In this document: one piece after another, positions 19,584-28,609 of the stretch | Position numbering within the stretch: the stretch's first letter is position 1 | How the letters are laid out: each line of letters starts with the position of its first letter | NCBI GenBank assembly: GCA_944372115.1 | Contig: CALVYH010000006.1 | Coordinates: 47-64,046 of the forward strand | Origin: an uncultured Bacilli bacterium | Lineage (GTDB): Bacteria > Bacillota_I > Bacilli_A > RFN20 > CAG-826 | Length of the DNA: 64,000 nucleotides | Direction: 5' to 3' | Notes under the pieces: model-generated | What the model was told of the DNA's origin: nothing | Seen by the model: only the letters and a program-made list of their open reading frames with translations | Databases searched by the model: none | Position numbers and translations under genes: made by a program

Positions 19584-19704
19584 TCTTTTTCTTAAATATA
19601 TTTGAAGTTATTTAAAAACTAGTCTAACTTTCATTTAATCTTTATTTTTCTAATAAATTTTGATATATTTATTAGGCATTAAATAAAGATTAAATGAAAC
19701 AAAT

Positions 19705-19780
19705 GGTCCGCTAGCTCAGTTGGTAGAGCAACTGACTCTTAATCAGTGGGTCCGGAGTTCGAGTCTCCGGCGGATCACCA
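19705..19780 (+). tRNA. tRNA-Lys (anticodon CTT), CCA encoded
   Basis: Cloverleaf is intact. Acceptor GGTCCGC/GCGGATC. Anticodon stem ACTGA/TCAGT with loop CTCTTAA. T-arm CGGAG-TTCGAGT-CTCCG. 3' ACCA. Confidence 0.9.
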
Positions 19781-20048
19781 TATTGAAAGCAATGGTTTGA
19801 TACAGTAGAAATTGCTGTTCAAGCCTTTTTTTTGTAGGAATTTGTAGGGGTTCGACTCTATTTTATATAAAATCAAAAAAGTCCGAACAGACGATGAAAC
19901 TAAAGGTTCTTAGTAAGTTGCACTCAAAACTTTTTATAGCACAAAAAACTTTTTATTTTTGTAAATCTTATAAATGTTTTTTTGAGATAAATTATAACTT
20001 TATAATATAATAAATGGTAAGTTAATATAAGTTATGGGGAGTTTATTT

Positions 20049-20273
20049 ATGAATTGGTGCGATAAAGTTAGATATGTAAGAATGAGATTAAGAAAAACTC
20101 AATTAGAATTAGCAGAAGAAACAAAAATACCTATATCTACTATAATTAAGCGGGAAAATGATTTTAATGTTAAACCACAGATGGTAAATTTAGGAAAATT
20201 TATTGAATTTTGTGAAAAAAATAATATTAATTTAGAAAGGTTTGATGTAAATGAAAGTAATAAGTCTTTTTAG
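20049..20273 (+). CDS. small XRE-type HTH protein, candidate controller (C) protein of the adjacent R-M system
   Basis: ~75 aa. The HTH segment is [32 protein letters not shown] before the ATG at 20049. It overlaps the MTase start. Confidence 0.5.
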   Translation: MNWCDKVRYVRMRLRKTQLELAEETKIPISTIIKRENDFNVKPQMVNLGKFIEFCEKNNINLERFDVNESNKSF

Positions 20274-21261
20274 TGGGTGCGGTGGACTAGATTTAGGATT
20301 TGAAAAAGCTGGTTTTGATATTATTTTAGCAAATGAATACGATAAAAAAATTTGCCCAACCTATAAAATTAATCATCCAAAAACAAAGCTAATCGAGGGT
20401 GATATTAGAAATATTAGCGAAGAAATATTTGACAAAGAAGTAGATGGTATCATTGGAGGACCTCCTTGCCAAAGTTGGAGCGAAGCTGGTGCTTTGAGGG
20501 GCATAGATGATCCTAGAGGTCAATTATTTTTTGAATATATTAGAATTTTAAAAACTGTAAAACCAAAATTTTTTCTTGCTGAAAATGTTAGTGGTATGTT
20601 AGCAAAACGACATAGTAAGGCAGTGGAAGAAATATTGCGACTTTTTGATGAAACAGGTTATTCTGTTACATTAACTTTAGTCGATGCAAAAGATTATGGA
20701 GTTGCTCAAAATAGAGAACGTGTTTTTTATATTGGATTTAGGAAGGATTTGAATGCTAACTTTAAGTTTCCGGTTGGCTCTACTTCGAATGATGAAGATA
20801 AATTAACTCTTAGAGATGTTATTTGGGATTTAAAAGACACAGCTGTATCTGCTGGAGAAAAGAATCATCACAATCCAAATGCTATAAATAATAATGAATA
20901 TTTTGTTGGCGATTTTTCAACAATTTTTATGAGCAGAAATAGAGTTAAGAGTTGGGATGAACAAGCATTTACTGTTCAAGCTTCAGGAAGGCAATGTCAA
21001 TTACACCCACAAGCACCAAAAATGATTAAAATAGACACAAATAAAATGATATTTGTGAAAGACAAAGAAAAATTATATCGAAGAATGACTGTTAGAGAAG
21101 TGGCTAGAATTCAAGGCTTTCCTGATTCCTTTAAGTTTTTATACGAAAATATAGACATGGGTTATAAAATGATAGGAAATGCAGTTCCTGTTAATTTAGC
21201 TTATGAAGTCGCATTATCTATAAAAGAGATAATAAAAGGGGAAGATGAAAATGAGCAATAA
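20251..21261 (+). CDS. DNA (cytosine-5)-methyltransferase, closely resembling M.HaeIII (predicted GGCC specificity)
   Basis: Motifs I ([19 protein letters not shown]), IV ([12 protein letters not shown]), ENV, and VIII ([13 protein letters not shown]). The variable region and C-terminus ([10 protein letters not shown]...[18 protein letters not shown]...[16 protein letters not shown]) align almost residue-for-residue with M.HaeIII as I recall it. Length is 336 aa against 330. Confidence 0.9.
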   Translation: MKVISLFSGCGGLDLGFEKAGFDIILANEYDKKICPTYKINHPKTKLIEGDIRNISEEIFDKEVDGIIGGPPCQSWSEAGALRGIDDPRGQLFFEYIRILKTVKPKFFLAENVSGMLAKRHSKAVEEILRLFDETGYSVTLTLVDAKDYGVAQNRERVFYIGFRKDLNANFKFPVGSTSNDEDKLTLRDVIWDLKDTAVSAGEKNHHNPNAINNNEYFVGDFSTIFMSRNRVKSWDEQAFTVQASGRQCQLHPQAPKMIKIDTNKMIFVKDKEKLYRRMTVREVARIQGFPDSFKFLYENIDMGYKMIGNAVPVNLAYEVALSIKEIIKGEDENEQ

Positions 21262-22207
21262 AAGTAATGATTATGGGAGAGCTTTTGAGTATGCTTGCAT
21301 AGAAATTTTTTATAATGAATTATTGAAAATAGTTAAGAATGTAATTGTAACTAAAAATAGTTCTTTTTTCGCTGATCAACATGCATGGAACTCTTTAGAT
21401 GAACAAATGAAAAATTCATTGATATTAAGTGCTTCAGCTGTTTTCAAGACAATTTCTGATTTGGAACCATTGATGATTGATGATGATGGTACAGAATTAA
21501 CGCTTTATTTACAAAGTGATAAAAATGGTGAAGAAGGAGATGTACGTGATTTAGTAATTTCCAAGAAAGACATAAAATGGGAAATTGGATTAAGTTTGAA
21601 ACATAATCATTTTGCAGTTAAACACAGTAGGTTATCAAAAAATATTGACTTTGGTAAAAAATGGTTTAAGGTACCTTGTTCAGAGGATTATTGGAATATA
21701 GTATTAAATATTTTTGAATATTTAGAATTAGAAAAGAAAGCAAATAGAAAATGGAGTGAAATAAGCGATAAAGATGATGGAGTTTATGTGCCTCTACTTG
21801 AAGCGTTTAGAGATGAAATTATTAGGTCATCTTTATTAGACAATGATGTCCCCAAAAAATTAGTTGAATATTTGCTAGGTGAATATGATTTTTATAAAGC
21901 GATTAGTATAGATATTAAAAAGATATCTCAGATTCAAACTTTTAATTTACATGGAACATTAAACAAACCATCAAAGAGAAAAAAGCCTATTAGAATCATT
22001 CCTATTGCCAATTTACCAACAAGAATAGTAAATCTTGATTTTAAGCCTGGAAGTAAAACTACTTTAGAATTATATATGGATGGAGGATGGCAGTTTTCTT
22101 TCCGCATTCATAACGCTTCAGCAATTGTTGAACCTAGTCTTAAATTTGACATACAAATTATTGGTATGCCTGTTACCATTTTAACAATTAATAGTGTTTG
22201 GAATTAA
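21251..22207 (+). CDS. type II restriction endonuclease partner of the HaeIII-like MTase
   Basis: It lies immediately downstream of, and overlapping, the MTase, in the same orientation as the haeIIIMR operon. The ~319-aa size is comparable to R.HaeIII (~317 aa). There is no independent motif evidence. Confidence 0.55.
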   Translation: MSNKSNDYGRAFEYACIEIFYNELLKIVKNVIVTKNSSFFADQHAWNSLDEQMKNSLILSASAVFKTISDLEPLMIDDDGTELTLYLQSDKNGEEGDVRDLVISKKDIKWEIGLSLKHNHFAVKHSRLSKNIDFGKKWFKVPCSEDYWNIVLNIFEYLELEKKANRKWSEISDKDDGVYVPLLEAFRDEIIRSSLLDNDVPKKLVEYLLGEYDFYKAISIDIKKISQIQTFNLHGTLNKPSKRKKPIRIIPIANLPTRIVNLDFKPGSKTTLELYMDGGWQFSFRIHNASAIVEPSLKFDIQIIGMPVTILTINSVWN

Positions 22208-22340
22208 CATCTGTTTTTTTCAATTTGTGATTAGTTAGATTAAAATCGAATATGTGAAAATTTGTTTAAAAATAAAATTGTTGACAATATTAAATATTTA
22301 TTAATTATTATATTTTTATATGAAGTAAAAAGGAGAAAAT

Positions 22341-23204
22341 ATGATAGGAGAAGATTTATCAAATAAATTAATATATTCAACTGTACAATTAGAATGTTAC
22401 GATGAAAAAGTTGTTTCAAAAGGCACATCCTTTTTTATGACTTATAAATTTGATGATAAAAATATTACAGTTTTGGTAACTAATAAACATGTAGTTTGCA
22501 TAAATGTTAATAAAGAAACTTTATTTAAAAAAGCTAGATTTCAAATTTCGAAAGAGGTGGATGATAAACCACAAGATAATGATAAAGTTATATTTAATAT
22601 TGATGATTTAGATAATCGAGTTATTTTTCATGATGATAAAAACGTTGATTTATGTTTTGTTTTAGTTAATGATTTATTAAATAATACTCAATCGAAGGGA
22701 ATTAAATTATATTGTCTATCTTTAGAAACAAGTCTAATTATTCCTAATGCTAGCATAGAAGAATTAAATCCTATAGAAGATATTGTCATGATTGGTTATC
22801 CAATAGGACTAATAGATGATGTGAACAATAAGCCGATTGCCAGAAGAGGGATAACCGCTACTTCATATAAATTCGATTATAATGGAAAAAAAGAATTTTT
22901 AATAGATATAGCTTGCTTCTGTGGATCAAGTGGTTCGCCAGTATTTTTAAGAAGAACTGGATTAGGCAAAGAAAAAGGCGAAAACGGAATAATCATTGGT
23001 ATGTCTGTACAATATTTTTTATTAGGCGTGCTTTATGCCGGTCCAACGCAAACTTTTGAAGGTAAAATTATTATTAAAGATATACCATGCGTCTCGTTAC
23101 CTGTTTCCGAAACAAATTTAATGGTTAATTTGGGGTGTGTAATTAAGGCATGTAGAATTATGGAATTGTTTGAGAAGGTAAAAAATGAATTAAACAAAAA
23201 TTAA
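22341..23204 (+). CDS. cytoplasmic trypsin-like (S1 family) serine peptidase domain protein
   Basis: Catalytic triad context: VTNKHVV (His), DVDLCFV (Asp) and CGSSGSPVF (Ser, GDSGxP-like). No signal peptide. 287 aa. Confidence 0.7.
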   Translation: MIGEDLSNKLIYSTVQLECYDEKVVSKGTSFFMTYKFDDKNITVLVTNKHVVCINVNKETLFKKARFQISKEVDDKPQDNDKVIFNIDDLDNRVIFHDDKNVDLCFVLVNDLLNNTQSKGIKLYCLSLETSLIIPNASIEELNPIEDIVMIGYPIGLIDDVNNKPIARRGITATSYKFDYNGKKEFLIDIACFCGSSGSPVFLRRTGLGKEKGENGIIIGMSVQYFLLGVLYAGPTQTFEGKIIIKDIPCVSLPVSETNLMVNLGCVIKACRIMELFEKVKNELNKN

Positions 23205-23387
23205 GCTACAAATAAAATGTTCTATTCAGTTTTTTAATAAAACACTTAAAATTTTCATAATCATCAAAAAAGGTTTTGGAGGTGCAAAATTATCTAGGGG
23301 GGTGCAACTGTATCAAAATAGGTAATCAATGCCAAAAAATATTTAGATTTAACTTTTATATAAATACCTAATTTATATAAAAATTTA

Positions 23388-23420
23388 TGAAAAAACGGCT
23401 TAATATGGCCGTTATTTTTT
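23388..23420. terminator. bidirectional rho-independent terminator shared by the protease gene and the convergent TetR gene
   Basis: AACGGC-ttaatatg-GCCGTT hairpin with an A-run upstream and TTTTTTT downstream. Confidence 0.6.
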
Positions 23421-24043
23421 TAATATAAGAAGTTTTCAATTATTAATCTTCCTAGTTTTTCTAATTCAATTTCAAAATTATTATCATCATTCATTATTGC
23501 TTCTTTTTGTTTAGGGGTTAAGTTAGTCATTGGATATAATCCATATAAAGTAGATGCAAAAATGAATTTTTTTCGATTAATTTCTTCTTCGCTAGCATCT
23601 TTATGATATTTTAAATAAATAGAATGAATGTATTCATTATATTCATGAATTAATTTTTGAAATTCTTGATAATGTTCAAAGGTAGCGTTTTTTTCTAAAT
23701 CAAAATAAGATGAAGAAAGAATCTTTAAAGTGATACGATGTTTTTTACCAAGTAAAAAAAGCTCATCAACCATTTCTTCAACTTTTAATAAATTATCTTT
23801 ATTTGCTAAATCTTTCATTGATAAGTTGATTTCTTTTAAATGTTTAATCATTGAATCAAGTAAAATCTCTTCTTTACTTTTATAATAAGAATATAAAGAT
23901 GTTCTTGAAATTGAAGTATTATCTGCGATTTCTTGCATTGAAATATCTTTTAAACTTTTTTCCCAGAATAATAAATCGAGAGATTCACAGATTTCTTTTT
24001 TTCTCGATTCAATTTCTTCTTTTTTTCTTGCTCTAATAAACAT
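23420..24043 (-). CDS. TetR/AcrR-family transcriptional regulator
   Basis: N-terminal HTH ISMQEIADNTSISRTSLYSYYKSKEEIL, typical of TetR_N. 207 aa. Confidence 0.8.
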   Translation of the reverse strand: MFIRARKKEEIESRKKEICESLDLLFWEKSLKDISMQEIADNTSISRTSLYSYYKSKEEILLDSMIKHLKEINLSMKDLANKDNLLKVEEMVDELFLLGKKHRITLKILSSSYFDLEKNATFEHYQEFQKLIHEYNEYIHSIYLKYHKDASEEEINRKKFIFASTLYGLYPMTNLTPKQKEAIMNDDNNFEIELEKLGRLIIENFLY

Positions 24044-24142
24044 GGTAAAACTGTTCCTATTTAAAATAAAATTAATTAAAGAAAAGTTATCTTTAAAAAT
24101 TTATTATATTAGAATTTTTATTATTTAAAAATGATTTTAATG

Positions 24143-24182
24143 AAAAAAGCTCTAAAATTGTTATCCTTTAGAGCTTTTTTCT
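24143..24182. terminator. strong hairpin-plus-T-tract (terminator-like) inside the TetR/SDR divergent intergenic region
   Basis: AAGCTCTAAA-attgttatcc-TTTAGAGCTT forms a 10-bp perfect stem followed by TTTT. Confidence 0.5.
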
Positions 24183-24444
24183 TTAAGAGGGTATTTTATA
24201 TTTTTTTGATAAATTCCAATATTTATTACTCGCTTTTATTTTTTAATAAATAAGAATTTATCTTTTGGGATAGTTAATAAAGACGCTAAACTTTATTAAC
24301 TATTACTTATTTTATATAAAAGGAAAAAAAGATAAATCTACTTAAAATAGAAATAATAGATTTTTCGATATTTATCGAAAAATATCTTTTTTTATTTATT
24401 TTATCTCTTTAAAATAGAATTATCTAAAAAAGAGGTGAAAAAAT

Positions 24445-25221
24445 ATGAAAATAACATTAATTAGTGGAGCAGCTAGTGGATTAGGAAAAGAATTTAGTGA
24501 ACTTTATTTTAAAGATAATAATAATTTATTGTTAGTAGATATAAATAAAGAAGGATTAGAAAGAATTAAAACTTCTTTAGAAAATAAAAATAAAAACTTA
24601 CTTATTGATATTTATCAATGTGATCTATCTAAAATTGAAGAATTAAAAAGATTAGAAAAATATGTTAAAGATAAGAAATATTTTGTTAATAATTTGGTTA
24701 ATTCAGCGGGGTTTGGAGATAGAGAAGACTTTATAAAAATGGATATTGATAAACAAATTAAAATGACTGAAGTTGATTGTAACGCTTTATTATTTTTATC
24801 TAGAGTTTTTATAGAAGATATGGTCAAAAATAAAGAAGGTCATATAATTAATGTTTCTTCAATTGCTGGGTTTATGAGTGGACCTTATATGTGTACTTAT
24901 CACGCTTCAAAAGCTTATGTCTTGCTTTTAAGTGAAGCGATGTCTTATGAAGTTAAAAAAGATAATGTTCATGTTTTAACTCTTTGTCCAGGTCCATTCA
25001 ATTCAAATTTTGTTAAAAATGCTCATAATGATTATACATTTAAAAAAATTAAACCTTTAGAAGCTAAAGAAGTTGCTTTAAAAGCTTATAAAGCATCTAA
25101 AAAGAATAAAAAATTATTAATTACCGGATTTAAAAATAAATTAACTGTTTTTATCACTCGTCTTTTCCCTAGAAGTTTTGTTACTTTAGTGAGTGCTAAA
25201 ACAATGAAAGAAGATGCTTAA
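24445..25221 (+). CDS. SDR-family short-chain dehydrogenase/reductase
   Basis: Cofactor motif TLISGAASGLGKEF (TGxxxGxG). Catalytic YHASKAY (YxxxK). Confidence 0.85.
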   Translation: MKITLISGAASGLGKEFSELYFKDNNNLLLVDINKEGLERIKTSLENKNKNLLIDIYQCDLSKIEELKRLEKYVKDKKYFVNNLVNSAGFGDREDFIKMDIDKQIKMTEVDCNALLFLSRVFIEDMVKNKEGHIINVSSIAGFMSGPYMCTYHASKAYVLLLSEAMSYEVKKDNVHVLTLCPGPFNSNFVKNAHNDYTFKKIKPLEAKEVALKAYKASKKNKKLLITGFKNKLTVFITRLFPRSFVTLVSAKTMKEDA

Positions 25222-25259
25222 ACAATATTTATTTTTTCTTTATATATAAATAATAATTT

Positions 25260-25928
25260 ATGGAACGGAACGATTTTTTTAATGAAATAAAAAATAAAGA
25301 ATATTTTAAAAGATTAAATAATTTTTTAGATGAAGAATATAAAAATAAAGTTATTTATCCTCCAAAAGATGAACTTTATAATGCTTTTAAATTATGTTCT
25401 TTATCATCTTTAAAAGTAGTTATTATTGGTCAAGATCCATATTTTAATAAAAATCAAGCGATGGGGCTTGCTTTTAGTGTTAAAGAAGGAGTTAAACTAC
25501 CGCCAAGTTTAGAAAATATTTATAAAGAAATCGAAATTGAATTTAATTCGATAATGAATTATCAAAGTGGAGATTTAACTTATCTTGCTAAACAAGGAGT
25601 CTTTTTAATTAATCCAATTTTAAGTGTAGTTGAAGGAAAACCTTTATCTCATAACATTAAAGAATATCAACTATTTTTTGAAGATTTAATGAAATTTATC
25701 GATAAAATTTATCGTCCAATTGTTTTTATTTTATGGGGAAATAAAGCAAAAAGTTATGAAAAATATATTTTAAATAAAAATAGATTAGTTATTAAAGCGA
25801 CTCATCCTTCACCTTTAGGGGCAAATAAAGGAGGTTTTTTTAATAGCGATATGTTTAAAAAAACTAATGAATATTTAAAAAAACATAATTTAAAAGAAAT
25901 AAAATGGGAAAATACTATTTTTGATTAA
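25260..25928 (+). CDS. ung: uracil-DNA glycosylase (family 1)
   Basis: Water-activating loop GQDPY and the C-terminal HPSPL motif. Confidence 0.85.
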   Translation: MERNDFFNEIKNKEYFKRLNNFLDEEYKNKVIYPPKDELYNAFKLCSLSSLKVVIIGQDPYFNKNQAMGLAFSVKEGVKLPPSLENIYKEIEIEFNSIMNYQSGDLTYLAKQGVFLINPILSVVEGKPLSHNIKEYQLFFEDLMKFIDKIYRPIVFILWGNKAKSYEKYILNKNRLVIKATHPSPLGANKGGFFNSDMFKKTNEYLKKHNLKEIKWENTIFD

Positions 25929-25959
25929 ATTTATATTTAATTTTCAATTAATTGAGTTT

Positions 25960-26065
25960 ATTATATTTCTTATGGGTGCTAGTGATACTGGCTGAGATAA
26001 AAGTAGTTACTTTTGACCATTATAACCTGATCTAGGTAATTCTAGCGTAGGAATACTTTTTTAAA
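25960..26065 (+). ncRNA. TPP (THI-box) riboswitch
   Basis: GGGTGC...CTGAGA...ACCTGATCTAGGTAATTCTAGCGTAGGAA matches the THI-element consensus (ctgaga / acctgatc-N-taat-N-gcgtaggaa). It lies in the 5' leader of the ThiT-like gene. Confidence 0.75.
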
Positions 26066-26199
26066 AAATACTAGTTATAAATTAATTTTTAATTTTTAAA
26101 AGAATAAAAATTAAAAATTAAATAAAAAAGATTATTACTACCTAGAAAATAGGTAGTTTTTATTTTATTTAATTTATTTTATAGGAGGAAAAGAAGTAT

Positions 26200-27303
26200 A
26201 TGGAAGAAAATTTAAATGAGAAAAATACTGTAAATACTTCAAATAATGAAAAAATAAAAGAAAAAAAGTTTAATTTTGATTATAAGATTTTAATCACAAT
26301 TATTTTATTTTTATGTTCTTTTATCTTTTTAATTTTACCAGCTTTTGAAATTGTGTTAACGAATGGCGAAGATAACGTTTTAATTAACCTTTATAATTTA
26401 GTTTTTGGTGTTGGAATAAATGATTTTAACTTAAATTTAGATGTTTTTGCCTTATTATCATTTATTTTTGTTATTTTAGGATTAATTTCTTATTTAATTT
26501 CAATTTTTATAAAAGATAATAAAAAGAATATTCCTTTATTAATTTCATCTTTATCTATATTAATAGGAATAATCTTTTATGTAGTTATTTCTTATGGAAT
26601 CTATTTATTTAATCCTTCAATTTCATCTTATCCTGAATTTGATAGTTTAATTATTTCGGAAGCTTCATTTATTTCTTATTTAATTATTCAAGCAATAATT
26701 TTAGTTTTAGTTACTTCATCATTAAAATTAAAAAAAGTACTTTTTACAACTAGAGAAATCGCCGAAATTTCAATGATGGTTGCTTTAGCAGTTGTTTTAG
26801 ATAAAATTAAAATTCAAGTTGGAATTAGTGGAGGAAGTATTAATGCTTCAGCTCTTCCTTTAATGATTCTTTCAATAAGAATTGGATTTATTAAAGGAGT
26901 TTTTGCTTCTTCAATTCTTTTTGGAGTTATTACAAATATTATCGATGGTTGGGGCATTCAAACTCTTCCTTTTGATTATATGATCGGCTTTTTTGGCTAT
27001 GCTTTCCCTGGACTTTTCTATTATATTTTTTCTAAAACATGTTTTAAAAATAAAGAACTTGCTTCTTTAATGACTTCATTTGCTACAGGAAGTGTTTGTG
27101 CGTTTATTATAAGAATGTTTGGAAGTGGTTTATCTTCTTATTTAATTTATAATGTCCATGATATTATTGAAATTCTTGTTTATAACTATATTTATGTTGG
27201 GGTTAGCGCTTTAACTTGTTTAGCTTTATCATTAATGCTTTCTCCAGCTATAAAAAGAATTAATCATCTATTTCCTTTAAAAAGAGACTATATGACTATT
27301 TAA
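26200..27303 (+). CDS. thiT: thiamine transporter ThiT-like ECF S-component with a ~180-aa N-terminal hydrophobic extension
   Basis: The C-terminal half (TREIAEISMMVALAVVLDKI...ALPLMILSIRIGFIKGVF...GWG) resembles ThiT/YuaJ. The gene is preceded by a TPP riboswitch. 367 aa, roughly twice typical ThiT length. Confidence 0.55.
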   Translation: MEENLNEKNTVNTSNNEKIKEKKFNFDYKILITIILFLCSFIFLILPAFEIVLTNGEDNVLINLYNLVFGVGINDFNLNLDVFALLSFIFVILGLISYLISIFIKDNKKNIPLLISSLSILIGIIFYVVISYGIYLFNPSISSYPEFDSLIISEASFISYLIIQAIILVLVTSSLKLKKVLFTTREIAEISMMVALAVVLDKIKIQVGISGGSINASALPLMILSIRIGFIKGVFASSILFGVITNIIDGWGIQTLPFDYMIGFFGYAFPGLFYYIFSKTCFKNKELASLMTSFATGSVCAFIIRMFGSGLSSYLIYNVHDIIEILVYNYIYVGVSALTCLALSLMLSPAIKRINHLFPLKRDYMTI

Positions 27304-27450
27304 TTAAATTCTTACATTATTTTCTAAACAAATAAAAAATACGATTGAATTCGTATTTTTTATTTTATGCAAGTATAGGTTGCGTTACAAAAATTATTCT
27401 TTTTTTTAAAGTATAGCTATAAAAATAAAAAAGGAGAAATAAAAAAATAT

Positions 27451-27576
27451 ATGAAAAAGAAAAATAAAGAAAAAGGAATAAAAAGATTATTAACTTATTT
27501 AATTATTTCTAAAAAAATTGAAGAAAATAGAGAAAAAGTTAAAGAGTTTAATGAGAAATATTTTTATAATATGAGA
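27451..27576 (+). CDS. possible 41-aa basic small protein (MKKKNKEKGIKRLLTYLIISKKIEENREKVKEFNEKYFYNMR)
   Basis: Strong RBS AAAAGGAGAAAT upstream. It sits immediately 5' of the XRE gene. Short, with no homology evidence. Confidence 0.25.
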
Positions 27577-27586
27577 TAATTTTTAT

Positions 27587-28066
27587 ATGCTTGATTTAGA
27601 AGGAATCGGAAATAATATAAAAAGATTAAGAATTGAAAATAATTTATCACAAGAAGAATTAGCTTCTAAATTATTTTTATCTAGGCAAGCAATCTCTTTA
27701 TGGGAAAAAGGAAATGGATTCCCTTCAATTGATAATGTAGTTTTTCTTTCTAAACTATTTAATATCACAATAGAAAAATTATTATTACTTGATGAATCAT
27801 TTATTTCCTTAGATGAATATTTTTTATTACATTCTAAAAATTATATTATTTCTGAAATATTAAATAACAATTATAAATATGATCTAATTTCTAATTTATA
27901 TCGATTTAATAAGGAAGAAATATTTCTTCTTATTAAATCGATAATTGAAAATAGAATTAAAAATATCGATATAAATAGATTAAAAGATAATTTATCGATT
28001 GATGAAAAAGTTTATATAAATAGATTATTAAATGAAAAAGTAAATATAAAAAGGAGAAATAAATAG
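27587..28066 (+). CDS. XRE-family HTH transcriptional regulator
   Basis: N-terminal HTH IKRLRIENNLSQEELASKLFLSRQAISLWEKG (HTH_3 / Cro-C1 type). 159 aa. Confidence 0.7.
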   Translation: MLDLEGIGNNIKRLRIENNLSQEELASKLFLSRQAISLWEKGNGFPSIDNVVFLSKLFNITIEKLLLLDESFISLDEYFLLHSKNYIISEILNNNYKYDLISNLYRFNKEEIFLLIKSIIENRIKNIDINRLKDNLSIDEKVYINRLLNEKVNIKRRNK

Positions 28067-28068
28067 TC

Positions 28069-28503
28069 ATGAAACTTGAAAGTATAAAAAGCATTTTACC
28101 ATTTTTAGATGATGATGATTTAATAAAGTTAGCTCTAAAATGTTTAGAAAACGAAGATAGAACTTTTAAAGATATTTCTTTAAAGACACTTTTACCATTT
28201 TTAGATGAAGATTTTATTTACGATAAATTATTTAAGCATGAGTTAAAAGAAAATAAAGATGTAAGTTATATGTTTCCATTTTTAGATGATGATGCTTATG
28301 ATGATTATGTTTTAAATAGTATAAAAAATAATAATTTTGATGAAAAAATATATTCAATGTTACCATTTTTAGATGATGAAACATTATCAAAAATTGTCGA
28401 GGCATATTTAGATGATGAAATCGATATTGATATAAATAAACTTTATCCATTTTTAGATGATGACGATATTAAAAAAATCTTTAAAAAAGTAATTGAAAAA
28501 TAA
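28069..28503 (+). CDS. acidic tandem-repeat protein with five ~27-aa 'PFLDDD' repeats, function unknown
   Basis: Repeats ILPFLDDDDLIKL / LLPFLDEDFIYDKL / MFPFLDDDAYDDYV / MLPFLDDETLSKIV / LYPFLDDDDIKKIF. The gene starts 2 bp after the XRE stop. Confidence 0.5.
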   Translation: MKLESIKSILPFLDDDDLIKLALKCLENEDRTFKDISLKTLLPFLDEDFIYDKLFKHELKENKDVSYMFPFLDDDAYDDYVLNSIKNNNFDEKIYSMLPFLDDETLSKIVEAYLDDEIDIDINKLYPFLDDDDIKKIFKKVIEK

Positions 28504-28609
28504 AGAAAGAAAAATTTACATCCTGGTAAAGAAATTTTATTAATTATATAAATATTTTTACTTTTTAATTTTTATTTTAAGTATAAATTTTAAAAGAGGG
28601 CTACGAATT

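Noticed and set aside
19820-19870. tRNA-like fragment GTAGGGGTTCGACTCTATTTT, as a possible second tRNA or att duplicate
   Set aside because: Only a T-arm-like stretch is present. There is no acceptor stem or anticodon arm. It does not match the 3' end of the adjacent tRNA-Lys, so I cannot support it as a direct repeat or att site.
22240-22428. 62-aa minus-strand ORF before the protease gene
   Set aside because: Low-complexity AT-rich shadow overlapping the protease start region. No RBS.
23851-24036. Plus-strand 61-aa ORF
   Set aside because: Antisense shadow inside the TetR gene.
24615-24827. Minus-strand 70-aa ORF
   Set aside because: Antisense shadow inside the SDR gene.
27583-27768. Minus-strand 61-aa ORF
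   Set aside because: Antisense to the XRE regulator gene, which has a clear HTH.
28232-28450. Minus-strand His-rich 72-aa ORF
   Set aside because: It is antisense to the PFLDDD-repeat gene. The His runs are just the complement of the GAT / GAA-rich acidic coding repeats.
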